Assembly (NCBI GenBank): GCA_965203055.1
Contig: OZ241863.1
Span: 352,001 to 416,000, forward strand
From: Spirochaetia bacterium
Lineage (GTDB): Bacteria; Spirochaetota; Spirochaetia; SZUA-6; Bin103
Reading direction: 5' to 3'
DNA: 64,000 nt
Below, in pieces: positions 47,320-58,293 of the stretch (position 1 is the first letter of the stretch; every line of letters begins with the position of its first letter). A model generated the notes under the pieces. That model was not told where the DNA came from, ran no database searches, and saw only the letters and a list, made by a program, of their open reading frames with translations. A program made the position numbers and the translations under genes.

Positions 47320-50300
47320 ATGTCCGACCGGGACGCCGCTCCCGCCGCCGCCGGCGCCATCGTGGACAACGTGCGCCGCCGGGTGGGGGACGTGCTGCGC
47401 GAGCACGTCGACGCCGGCGCGCGGCTGTCGATCGTGTCCGCCTACTTCACCATCTACGCCTTTGCGGAGCTGCGCGGCGCGCTGCGGCAGGCGGCCCATA
47501 CCCGCTTCCTCTACGGCGAGCCGCGCGGCGTGGGCCGGATCGACCCGTCCGCCGAGGAAGCCAAGGCGTTCCGCCTGACCGAGGACGGCGGCATCGATCT
47601 GCAGCGCGCGCTGGCGCAGAAGCCGCTCGCCCGCGCCTGCGCCGAGTGGATCGAGCGAAGCGTCGATATCCGCACCGTCACTCAGGCCAACTTCCTGCAC
47701 GGCAAGCTCTACCACGTAGCGGGTGGCGGCGGCGACGGCGCCGACGCGGCCCTGATCGGCAGCTCCAACTTCACGCGGCGCGGCCTGGGCTACGGCGCGG
47801 CGCCCAACCTGGAACTCAACCTCGAAGTCACCCCCGCCGCCGACCGCGCCGCCCTGCTGGCCTGGTTCGACGAGCTGTGGCGGGACGAGTCCCGCACTGC
47901 GGACGCCAAGCAGCAGGTGCTGGCGGCGCTGGAGCGGATCGGCCGCCCCTACGCGCCGCGCTTCGTCTACTACAAGACCTTGTTCCACGTGTTTGAGGAG
48001 TGGCTGGCCGAACGCGGCGCGCGCGCCGGCCTGCTGCACGACGTCCATCTCTACGACACGGCGGTCTGGAACCGCCTCTACCAGTTCCAGCGGGACGGCG
48101 CGACCAGCGCCATCAACCGCCTGCTGCGGCACAACGGCTGCATCGTCGCCGACAGCGTCGGCCTGGGCAAGACCTGGACCGCGCTGGCCGTGATCAAGTT
48201 CTTCGAGCTGCGCAACGAACGGGTGCTGGTGCTGTGCCCCAAGCGGCTGCAGGACAACTGGCTGCGCTACGCCGCCTGGGCCGGCCGGGCCAACAACCCG
48301 TTCGCGCAGGACCGCTTCAACTACACCGTGCTCGCGCACACCGACCTGAGCCGCCAATCCGGCCGCGCCGGGCAGATCGACCTGGCCAACTTCAACTGGG
48401 GGGCGTTCGATCTGGTCGTGATCGACGAGTCGCACAACTTCCGCAACGAGGGGCGCGACCGCACCGACGAGGCGGGTAATATCGTGCGCCGCAGCCGCTA
48501 TAACCGACTGCTGGAGCAGGTGCTGAAGGACCGCGTGCGCAGCAAGGTCCTGATGCTGTCGGCCACGCCGGTCAACACCTCCCTGCGCGACCTGCGCAAT
48601 CAGATCTATCTGATGACCGAACGGCGGCAGGATGCGCTTCGGGAAGCGCTCGGCATCGCCGATCTGCAGAGTCTGTTCGGGGTGGCGCAGCGCGAGTTCC
48701 AGCAGTGGGAGCAGCAACGCCGCGGCGCCACGGGCGACAAGGGCGGGGCGGCGGCCAAGAACGCCCTCATCGCGCGCCTGGGCGCCGATTTCCTGGCGCT
48801 GCTCGATGCGGTCACCATCGCCCGCTCCCGCACCCACGTGCGCCGCTTCTACCCGCAGGTGCACGCCGCCATCGGCGGGTTCCCGCGGCGCGCCAAGCCG
48901 GAGAACCTGCATCCGCCGAGCGACCGCGCCGGCGAACTCTCCTACGACGACCTGCACCGCCGCATCGGCGCCTTCCGGCTGGCGGTCTACAACCCGTCGC
49001 GCTACCTCAAGGACACCTCGGCCCTGGACCGCGAGAAGCAGCGGTACCGCTTCGATCAGCGCGACCGCGAGCGGTGGCTGATCGGCATGTTGCGGGTGAA
49101 TCTGTTGAAGCGGCTGGAGAGCTCCGTGCACGCCTTCACGCTCTCCATGGGACGCATCATCGAGAAGATGGAGGACCTCGACCGGCGCCTCGCCGCCTGG
49201 CTGCAGGCCCCGCACCGTGCGCCGGAAACGCGCGACGACCGCCTCGAGGCGATCGAGGCGCTGCCCGACGAGGACGAGGAAGACGACGAGTTCACGGTCG
49301 GCAGCGCGCGCCGCTATCGCCTGGCGGAACTGGACGCCGCGCGCTGGCGGCGCGACCTGCAGGAGGACTACCGGACCTTCACGAGCCTGCACCGCATGGC
49401 GCAGCGGGTCACGGTGGAACGCGACGCCAAGCTGGCCGAGCTGCGGCGGGTCCTGACCCGCAAGGTCACCCATCCCACCACCGACAAGGACGGCCGGCGC
49501 AACCGCAAGGCGCTGGTCTTCACCTCCTTCGCGGACACCGCGCGCTACCTGCACGACCAGCTCGACGGCGCCATAGCCGGCGCGCGCCTGGCGCTGGTCA
49601 CCGGCGGCGACGGCAACCGCCTCGGCGCGGCGCCGGCGCGGTTCGACGACATCCTGGAGCGCTTCGCGCCGCGGGCGCAGCAGCGCCGGAGCGACGGCGA
49701 TGAGCGGTCAACGCCGGAGATCGACCTGCTGATCGCCACCGACTGCCTGTCGGAGGGGCAGAACCTGCAGGACTGCGACCTGGTGGTGAACTACGACATC
49801 CACTGGAACCCGGTGCGGCTCATGCAGCGGTTCGGGCGCATCGACCGGTTGGGCAGCCGCAACGAGCAGGTGGCGATGATCAACTTCTGGCCGACGCGGG
49901 ACCTCGACCGCTACCTCGACCTCAGGAACCGCGTCGAGGCGCGCATGGCGCTGGCCGACGCCGCGGCCACCGGCCTGGACGATCCGCTGGCCGATCCGCT
50001 GGCCGACGAGCCGGAGCGCGCCGCCCCGGCCGTGCAGGGGGAGATGGCGTTCCGCGACGAGCAGCTCCTGCGCCTGCGCGAGGAGATCCTCGATCTGGAG
50101 CAGGCCGGCGACGGCGTGGCGCTGAGCGACCTGACGCTCGACGACTTCATCGCCGACCTGCTGCACTACGTGCAGCAGAACCGCGCCGCCCTCGAAGCCG
50201 CGCCGGCCGGCATCCATGCCGTGGTCGCGGCCGTCGCGGCCCGGCCCGCCGGCGAAGCCCGGCCGCCCGGCCCGGCGGCGCGGCCGGGCGTGATCTTCTG

Positions 50301-50726
50301 CCTCAGGCAGCGCGCCGACCCGCCCCACCGGACGCCGAACCTGCTGCAGCCCTACTACCTGGTCACGTGCGCGGCGACGGGACCGTGCGCCATTCGTTCC
50401 GGCAGGCCCGGCAGTGCCTGACCCTGTTTCGGGAGCTCGCCGCCGGGCGCCCGCATCCCGCCGCGGCGCTGGAGGCCGCCTTCGACCGCGATACCGCGCA
50501 GGGGCAGCGCATGGATCGGTACGAACGCCTGCTCGCCGCCGCCCTGGACGACATCGCCGCCACCTTCGGCAGCGCGGAGCGGCGCGCCCTCACCCGGCAC
50601 CGCGGCGCCCGGCTCACCCGCCGCTCGGAGCGCCCGCGCGCGGCGCGCGACTTCGAGCTGATCACCTGGCTGGTGATCGCCGACCCGCCTGCGGCGCCCA
50701 CCGCGGAACCGGACGGCGATGGCTGA
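47320..50726 (+). pseudogene. PLD-domain SNF2-family helicase, with a -1 frameshift near 50364 in the C-terminal region
   Basis: HGKLY...GSSNFT (PLD), ADSVGLGKT, IDESHNFR, LSATP and QRFGRIDR motifs. Adding one base at GTC^ACG joins ORF 50367-50726. Confidence 0.85.
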
Positions 50727-53700
50727 CGGGTTGCGCGCGGCGGTGCGCGCCGCGCTTGCCGGGTTCGCCGACGCCGGCCGGCCGCTGCACGAAGCCGCCG
50801 GCGCCCTGCTCGGAGCGCTCGGCTACGACAGCGAGCGGACCGGGGAGGGTGACGGCGCCGCCGCCGGGTTCGTCGCCGAGTTGGCGGCAGCGCGGGAGCT
50901 GTCCGACCGGGAGCGCGCGCTGCTGGCCGATTGGCGGGCCGCGCGGATCGTGTTCCAGCTCACCCGGGAAGAGATCGCCGGCCAGACCGGGCTGTTCGAC
51001 CGGTTCGATGCGGAGCGCATCGAGTCGTTTCTGTTCATCGCGGTCGAGCTGGCGGCGCCGGGCGCCGACCGGCGCTACCCCCGCACGCGGCTGGCCGACA
51101 TGACGCGCGCCGTCAACCGGCGCTACCCGATGCCGGCCATCCTCCTGTTCCGGCACGGCGCGACCGTCACCCTGGCGGCGGTCGGGCGCCGCGCCCACCG
51201 GCGCGACGCCGACCGGGACGTGCTGCAGCAGGTGACGCTGATCAAGGACATCCGCGTCTCCCATCCGCACCGCGCGCACCTCGACCTGCTGGCCGAACTC
51301 GCCCTGCCGGCGCTGCGGGAGCGCCGGGGCGTGCGGAGCTTCGACCGGTTGCATCGGGAATGGGAGCGGGTGCTCGACGCCGAGGCGCTGAACCGGCGCT
51401 TCTACCGCGAGCTGTTCGCGTGGTTCGAGCGGGCGGTCGCCGCCTGCTGCTTCCCGGACGACGGCGCCGGTCCCGGCAATGCCGAGCGCCACGTGATCCG
51501 GCTGATCACCCGGCTGCTGTTCATCTGGTTCCTGAAGGAGAAGGGGCTGGTCCCGGAGGCGCTGTTCACCGAGCAGTTCGCCGCCGCCGCGCTCCGCAAC
51601 CACGCGCCCGAACGCACCGACTACTACCGAGCGGTGCTGCAGAACCTGTTCTTCGCCACCCTCAACACCGAGCTCGGCAAGCGCGCGTTCAGCGGCCGCG
51701 ACCGCGACAGCCACCGCGACTTCAGCAAGTACCGCTACCGCGCTCTGCTGCGCGACCCCGACGCCTTCCTGCGCCTGCTCCGACAGGTCCCGTTCGTCAA
51801 CGGCGGCCTGTTCGACTGCCTGGATGACTACGAGGCGCGCGGCGCCGGCGGCCGCCGCATCGACGCCTTCACCGACAACGTCGCCGCGCAGGGCCGCGAT
51901 CTGGCGGTGCCGGCGCGGCTGTTCTTCGCCGCCGAAGCGGGGCTGTTTCCGCTGTTCGGGCGCTACAAGTTCACGGTCGAGGAGAACACGCCGCTCGATC
52001 AGGAGGTGGCGCTCGACCCGGAGTTGCTGGGGCGGGTGTTCGAGCATCTGCTGGCCGCCTACAACCCGGAGACGCGCGACACCGCCCGCAAGGTGACCGG
52101 CTCCTACTACACGCCGCGCCGCGTCGTCGACTACATGGTCGACGAGTCGCTGGCGGCGGCGCTGGCCGCGCGCGCCGAGCCGGCCGACCGGGACGCGGGC
52201 TTCTGGCGCGAGCGGCTGCGCTATCTGCTCGACTACGCGGACGCCGCCGCCGATGCCGGCGAGTTGTTCGAGTCGGACGAGCAGCGCGAGATCGTGCGCG
52301 CGATAGCCGGACTGCGGGTGTTGGACCTGCGGTCGGTTCCGGCGCCTTCCCGATGGGGGTGCTGCACAAGCTGACGCTGGCGCTGCGGCGGCTCGATCCC
52401 GACAATCGGCACTGGGAGGAGTACCAGCGGGAGCGCGCCAAGGACCGGGCGGGAGCGGCGTTCGACGACGTGGACGACGAGCAGGCGCGCCGCCGGGAGC
52501 TGGCGGAGATCAGCCGCACGTTCGAGACCTACCGCCGGTCGGACTTCGGGCGCAAGCTCTATCTGATCCAGAACGGCATCTTCGGCGTCGACGTGCAGCC
52601 GGTGGCGTGCCAGATCGCCAAGCTGCGCTTCTTCATCTCGCTGGTCGTCGAGCAGCGGACCACCGACGACCCGCGCGACAACTACGGCATCCGCCCGCTG
52701 CCCAACCTGGAGAGCCGCTTCGTGGCCGCCGACACGCTGCTCGGTCTGGAGGCCGGCGACGGCAGCGACAACCTGCTCATGGGGCAGGAGGTGATCCGCC
52801 CGATCGAAGCCCATCTGCGCCGGGTGCGGGAAGGGTACTTCAACGCGCGGACGCGGCAGGAGAAGCTCAGCTTGCGCGCCAAGGACGACGAGTTGCGCGC
52901 GGCGCTGGCGCGCGAGCTCGAGGACCTGGGCTATCCGCACGAGGCGGCCGCGGCGGTCGCCCGCTGGGACCCGTACCACCAGAACGCGAGCGCCGCCTGG
53001 TTCGATCCGGAGTGGATGTTCGGCATCGCCGACGGGTTCGACGTGGTGATCGGCAATCCGCCCTACGTGCGGGGCGAGAAGATTCCGGCCAAGGCGCGCC
53101 TGCGCGCCGCCTACGGCGACTTCTACCGGGGCACGGCCGACCTCTACACCTACTTCTTCCGCAGGGGCATCGACCTGCTGCGGGCCGGCGGCCTGCTCTG
53201 CTTCATCACCTCCAACAAGTTCATGCGCGCCGACTACGGGCGGCCGCTGCGCCAGTTCCTGACGGGGGCTGCCGCGCCGCGCCTGCTGCTCGACCTGGGC
53301 CGCACCGGCACCTTCGACGCCACCGTGCGCCCGTGCGTGCTGCTGGCCGGCGCTGCGGCGGCCGACCGCGGGGCGGTGCGCGCGGCCACCGTGCGCGGGC
53401 CGGCGGGCGCACCGGACCCGGCGGCGTTCATCGAGCGGCACGGCTTCGACATGGACGTAGCGGACTTGGCGGACGCCGGCTGGTCCCTGGCGCCGCCGGA
53501 CTGGCAGCGCCTGCGCGCCAGGATCGAGGCCGCCGGCCGGCCGCTCGGCGAGTACGTGAGCGTAAACGGCGGCGGCATCTACTACGGCATCAAGACCGGC
53601 CTGAACGACGCCTTCGTGATCGACGCGGAGACCCGCGACCGCTTGATCGCCGACGATCCGAACAGCGCCGATCTGATCCGCCCATGGCTGCGCGGCAAGG

Positions 53701-54362
53701 ACGTGCGCCGCTGGCGGGCGGACTGGGCGGACCGATATGCCATCGCCATCGCGAGCAGCGCCAATATCGAATGGCCCTGGTCCGCTGCGCGACGCGAAGC
53801 CGACGCGCGCGCCATCTTCAAGCGGACGTACCGCGCCGTGCACGATCACTTGACGCCGTTTGCCACCCGACTCCGACGCCGGCAGGACAAAGGCACGTTC
53901 TTCTGGGAACTACGTTCGTGCGCCTACTACCGCGCCTTCGACCAGCCCAAGATCGTCTACCCGGTGATCGGACGGGAACTGAGGGCGCTGCTCGACCGGG
54001 AAGGTCGTCTGGCGAACGACAAGTGCTTCCTGATTCCCGGCGGCGACTGCTACCTGCTGGCGTTGCTGAACTCGAAGCTGCTCGACTTCTACTTTCGCCT
54101 TGCCATGCCCTGCCTCGACGATCCATTCAGCGGCGGCGACATGGAGTTCCGTGCCGTCTTCATGGAGCACGCCCCCATCGCGCCCGCCGCCGAGCCGACC
54201 AGGCAACGCCTCGCCGCCCTCGCCGAGCAGATCCAAACCGCCAAGCAGGCCGACCCCGCCGCCGACGTCAACGCCCTCCAACGGCGCCTCGACCAGACCG
54301 TCTACGACCTCTACGGCTTCACCGCCCCAGACATCGCCATCCTCGACGCCGCCCTGCCCTGA
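50719..54362 (+). pseudogene. Eco57I/type IIG-like N6-adenine methyltransferase with TaqI_C-like TRD, -1 frameshift near 52327
   Basis: GSYYTP, GNPPY and PKIVYP motifs. One added C restores the SAM motif LDPAVGSGAF. Confidence 0.87.
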
Positions 54363-54406
54363 ATGAACACACGTCGCGTGTTCGTTCGCCGGCTCCGGGT
54401 CGGTAC

Positions 54407-55264
54407 TTACGCAGGGTTGCGCGGGACGACGACCGATGCCCGTCGGCCTTCGTACACGCGGGCCGCGTTCAGCACGTAGTACTTGGCCCAAAGGCGCCAG
54501 ATCGCTCGCCACTGACAGTCAGCCGGGTCGGCCTCCAAAACCGGAAGACCGAACCCTATCGCGTCCCGGGGGGAAATGATCGCACTGTGGCTCGGCGTGT
54601 CCTCGATCAACGGCGGGCGTAGCTTCTCTGCAAGTTCCGCCACCTTGCTGTCAGTGCGACCTGATGCACAGGCCAATGCCTCCCGCAACTGACCGTCGGC
54701 GCGGGCAAACGCATCCCGTGCCTGTTGCACCATCAGAGCGTTGATGTCACTGAACAGCGACGCGTGCAGTGCATACGTCGCCGGGTTTTTCTGAATCCTG
54801 CACTCGGCTTCGTCGACCGCGGCGATGATCGCCCTCGCTGCCGACCACTGTCCGTTGGGAAGCCGAAGCTGCGGGTCCACGGGACCCAGATCGCTCGTCG
54901 GTCCAAGGTAGATATGGTCTGCCCCGAGCACGAAGAGAGTGCCGGCGCTCTTTGCCCGGTCCGGAACGATCACCGTCAACTCAGCGCAGCGAGACTGCGC
55001 TTGCTTTACCAGCCGCAACGCCGTTTCGCCATCACCGCCGGGCGTCGCCAGCATCACATGAAGGTCTTCCTTGGGATCAGCGTCGTATAGCGTCTCTTCA
55101 AACGGAGTGATGCTGCTCGGTAACAACAAGTCGATCAAGACCACGAGGCGGCATTCATACTCTTTCTCGTATGCCTGGATCAGGTTCTGCCGTTCGTACC
55201 AAGCCGCATGCTGCGCCTCGTACAGCGGGCTGCGACCGGACCGGGAGGACTGATCGGTGCTCAA
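54407..55264 (-). CDS. SDH family Clp-fold serine protease
   Basis: TPGG, AKSAGT, LGPVDPQ and SH motifs (putative Ser-Asp-His triad). TTG start overlaps the upstream stop. Confidence 0.82.
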   Translation of the reverse strand: MSTDQSSRSGRSPLYEAQHAAWYERQNLIQAYEKEYECRLVVLIDLLLPSSITPFEETLYDADPKEDLHVMLATPGGDGETALRLVKQAQSRCAELTVIVPDRAKSAGTLFVLGADHIYLGPTSDLGPVDPQLRLPNGQWSAARAIIAAVDEAECRIQKNPATYALHASLFSDINALMVQQARDAFARADGQLREALACASGRTDSKVAELAEKLRPPLIEDTPSHSAIISPRDAIGFGLPVLEADPADCQWRAIWRLWAKYYVLNAARVYEGRRASVVVPRNPA

Positions 55265-55497
55265 ACCAGAGGCCGGGGATCGTCGATCGAAAAGACTATG
55301 GGCTTGCCCTGCCGCGCCTTGCGGCCTTCTTCCCGTGCATTCCGGGCGCGTTCGATCCGTTCCTGCCAGTCGGGATCATACCACTTCGGACGCCCCGCGG
55401 CCGGAACAGCGCCCTCGGTCCGGGTGTCGAGATCGGACGAGCCTACCGGCTCCCGGCTCCTGTCGTGGCCTGGTACCGTGCCGTCAATCTGTGCCAT
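55261..55497 (-). CDS. Small hypothetical protein coupled to the protease
   Basis: ATG start with TACGTT just upstream. TTGA stop/start overlap with the protease. Charged helix WQERIERARNAREEGRKAR. Confidence 0.55.
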   Translation of the reverse strand: MAQIDGTVPGHDRSREPVGSSDLDTRTEGAVPAAGRPKWYDPDWQERIERARNAREEGRKARQGKPIVFSIDDPRPLV

Positions 55498-55661
55498 GCC
55501 CTAACGTAGCGCATACGCGCGGACATGGCAATCGTAGCGCCGTCGCCGTCCCGCGCTTGATCTTGCCCACGGCGACCCGTGACAGATCCGGTCCTTTCGC
55601 GGACGAGCTCCGCCGGCGTGAGCTCGCGGTTCAGCCGGGGACGTTACGGCAAATGCCGGTT

Positions 55662-56305
55662 TCAGCCATGCGTACGCTGCCGGGCGGATACGGCGTCACG
55701 GTTGCGTACCTGCATCGTCTCCTCGCCCATCGACACCGCATAGATGCCGTTCCGCGTCAGATAGGCGATCACGTCGTCAGGCAGGCGCAGCGACGAGAAT
55801 ACCGCCACCAACGGCAGCTCCCGGTACTCCGGAAAGTAGAGCCCGAACTGCCCGCTCTTCAGAAACTCGACGAATTTTTCGCGTACTCGCTCAGCGCGGT
55901 CGACTTGGTCTCATTGAGCAGCACCGCCTGCGTCCCCACGTAGAGCGCGTCGAACTCCCGCCGGCAGTGCGGATCGTCGCTGCGAACGCGGGACATGGTG
56001 ACGCTGAAGGTGCGTTCGTCGCCGCAGCCCAGTTCGTCGCGCGCGATACGCCGCAGGCTGGGGGCCACGATGTCCTGCACGACGGTGCCCATCTTGTTGG
56101 CCAGCTCGCCCCAGCGCCGATTCATTTCCTTCCGATCTCGGGCCGCCTCCGCGCGGGCTCGGGCTCCCTCCGCCTTCAGCTCCTCGATGGCGTGCTCGAT
56201 GCTGCGCAGGGAAGCCGCGTTCTGCTCCATGAACCGTTCGAACAACAGCTCCAGGCGATCGGTCCTGTCCTCCAGCACCGCCGTCCGCTCTTCGAGAGTA
56301 CTCAC
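55662..56305 (-). pseudogene. Coiled-coil plus PD-(D/E)xK-like protein, frameshift in an A5 run at 55875-55879
   Basis: WGELANKMGTVVQDIVAP and EFD...LNETKS motifs. A6 restores FVEFLKSG...FPEY...YLTRNGIYA to a stop at 55662. Confidence 0.75.
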
Positions 56306-56638
56306 CGTATGACCACCTGTTCGGTACAGAATACGTCCCTACGCGGTAGGCGGCAACCAGCGCGCGGGCGGTCGTAGGGCGTTCGTCCAGCCCTGAGTTC
56401 CAGAGTATAATGGCTGGCAAGTAACGTTCAGTCATATAATTACTCAAATTGAATGGTGCCCGTGCGTGGCTACATCCGCGGCGTCACTCCCAGCAACTCG
56501 AAGCAGCGCTGCTGCAACTATACTGGTGGTGGCGACGTCAACTATTTTTTCTGTGTACTTTTATCAACATGCCCCCGGCGGTCGATGCCACGCCTCCGAG
56601 CACGAACGCCCCACCGAGGCCGAGCGGCCGAGCTGGAG

Positions 56639-56732
56639 GCGCATCGCCTACGCCACACCCGACGACGCTACCTTGGCGGCGGCGCTCCGCCGGCTCACGG
56701 AGGGCCTCCGTCAGATCGCCGCGTCCGGTTAG
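56639..56732 (+). repeat. Inverted 94-bp copy of the 3' end of the aminotransferase gene (30199-30292)
   Basis: Gapless hand alignment gives 79/94 identity. Encodes RIAYATPDDATLAAALRRLTEGLRQIAASG* versus RIAYAAPDDATLAEALRRLTAGLRRVTASG*. Confidence 0.92.
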
Positions 56733-56759
56733 CTCACCTCTTTTGAATACGCCGCTATG

Positions 56760-56788
56760 TTGACAAAAAGTAAACATACTGGTACATT
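56760..56788 (+). promoter_or_regulatory. Sigma70 promoter of the abiE operon
   Basis: TTGACA-17 nt-TACATT with an extended TG, 9 nt before the ATG. Confidence 0.8.
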
Positions 56789-56797
56789 TATACGGAG

Positions 56798-57427
56798 ATG
56801 CGGGTCGAGTTTCCGGTTACCCATCCGTTCGATTACCAGCTCGCCATGGACCGGCTGGCGGGCTACCGCGCGCCCCGCAACAAGCTGCGCAGTCTGTGCC
56901 TGAGCGGTGACTTGGTACGGGTCCGAAAGGGCCTGTACGTGGCGGCCGCGTTTCCCGGCCGGCCGCCGGCGGTGGAGCCGCTGGCGCTGGCGCCCCTGAT
57001 CTATGGGCCGTCCTACGTCTCGCTGGAAACGGCGCTGGCCTGGCATGGGCTGATTCCCGAACGAGTCGAGGAAGTGACCAGCGTCACCTGCAAGCGCGCG
57101 AAGCTGTTCCTGACCCCGGTCGGACGGTTCAGCTACCGCCCCGTCAACGAGACCGCCTACGGCTACGGCGTCGGGCTGCAGTCCGCCGCCGGCGGCGCGT
57201 TCTTTCTGGCCGCGCCGGAGAAGGCGCTGTGCGACCGAATCGCCGGCGTCCGCGGCCTGCGCGCGCAGCGGGACGTCCTCGGGCTGCTGGCGGATGACCT
57301 GCGCGTCGACATGGACGCGGTAGTGCGCATGCGGCTGCCGCTGGTACGCGAAATCGCGTTGCGCTATCGGCGGCGGAACGTCACCTCGTTCCTGCGCTGG
57401 CTCGAACACGTCACGAGAGAGGCCTGA
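56798..57427 (+). CDS. abiEi: Type IV TA antitoxin, AbiEi family
   Basis: RVRKGLY, PSYVSLETALAWHGLIPE and APEKALCD motifs. Confidence 0.88.
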   Translation: MRVEFPVTHPFDYQLAMDRLAGYRAPRNKLRSLCLSGDLVRVRKGLYVAAAFPGRPPAVEPLALAPLIYGPSYVSLETALAWHGLIPERVEEVTSVTCKRAKLFLTPVGRFSYRPVNETAYGYGVGLQSAAGGAFFLAAPEKALCDRIAGVRGLRAQRDVLGLLADDLRVDMDAVVRMRLPLVREIALRYRRRNVTSFLRWLEHVTREA

Positions 57428-58293
57428 TGGATCTTGCGCTCCGGGGGATGCTCGACCGCTACCGCCCGCGCACCCTGGCCGACCACCAAAACGCGCTGAC
57501 GGAGATCGTCCAGGAGCTGGCGTTGTTGGGGCTGTGGCGGGCGAAGTTCTTCGAACACGCCGCGTTCTATGGCGGCACCGCCTTGCGCATCTTCCACTCC
57601 CTGCCGCGCCGTTCCGAAGCCCTCGACTTTTCTCTGCTGCGATCTGACCGGGTATTCGTCCTGGAGCCGTACCTGGAAGCGGTCCGCACGGAGTTGGCGG
57701 CATTCGGGTTCAGCTTTCGCGTCGAGCGGAGGACCAAGCGGCTGAGCACGGCGATCGAGTCCGCCTTCATCAAGGGCGGCACCCGGATCAACCTCGCCTA
57801 TATCGGCGCTCCCGATTACCTGCACCAGCGCCTTCCGGAGCTGCAACAGGTGAAGATCAGAATCGAAGTCGATACCGATCCGCCGCCCCTGGCCGAGTAC
57901 GAAGTGCGAACCCGGCTCACGCCGATACCGTTCCAGGTACGGCTGTTCGATCTGCCCTGCCTGTTCGCCGGCAAGCTGCACGCGCTCCTGTGCCGCAACT
58001 GGAAGAGCCGCGTAAAGGGCCGCGACTTCTACGACTTCATCTGGTATCTGGGGCGGCAGGTCCCCTGCAACGTCCGCCATCTGCAGGCGCGCATGACGCA
58101 AACCGGACACCTGCGGCCCGGCGATCACCTGGACGGAGCGCAACTCCGCCGACTTCTGCAGCAACGGTTCGAGCAAGTGGATTTCGAGCAGGCGCGCCGC
58201 GACGTGCGGCCCTTCGTCGGCGACCCGGCGGAGCTGGCGATGTGGGATGCGGAGTTCTTTCGCTCCCTGGCGGACGGAGTCCGGGAACGCTAG
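57427..58293 (+). CDS. abiEii: Type IV TA nucleotidyltransferase toxin, AbiEii family
   Basis: FYGGTALR, KIRIEVD, AGKLHA and KGRDFYD motifs. TGATG coupling to the antitoxin. Confidence 0.9.
   Translation: MDLALRGMLDRYRPRTLADHQNALTEIVQELALLGLWRAKFFEHAAFYGGTALRIFHSLPRRSEALDFSLLRSDRVFVLEPYLEAVRTELAAFGFSFRVERRTKRLSTAIESAFIKGGTRINLAYIGAPDYLHQRLPELQQVKIRIEVDTDPPPLAEYEVRTRLTPIPFQVRLFDLPCLFAGKLHALLCRNWKSRVKGRDFYDFIWYLGRQVPCNVRHLQARMTQTGHLRPGDHLDGAQLRRLLQQRFEQVDFEQARRDVRPFVGDPAELAMWDAEFFRSLADGVRER

Noticed and set aside
47197..49554. Long antisense ORFs (785 aa here; also 30346-32553, 58902-60809, 18790-20493 and others)
   Set aside because: Shadow ORFs opposite well-supported genes in high-GC DNA, with no recognisable motifs.
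49980..50004. 12-bp tandem repeat (DPLA-DPLA) in the helicase
   Set aside because: In-frame slippage in a linker with no evident significance.
56400..56550. AT-rich intergenic stretch with TTGACG...TATAGT on the minus strand
   Set aside because: The spacer is only 13 nt, and no supportable ncRNA structure or ORF is present.
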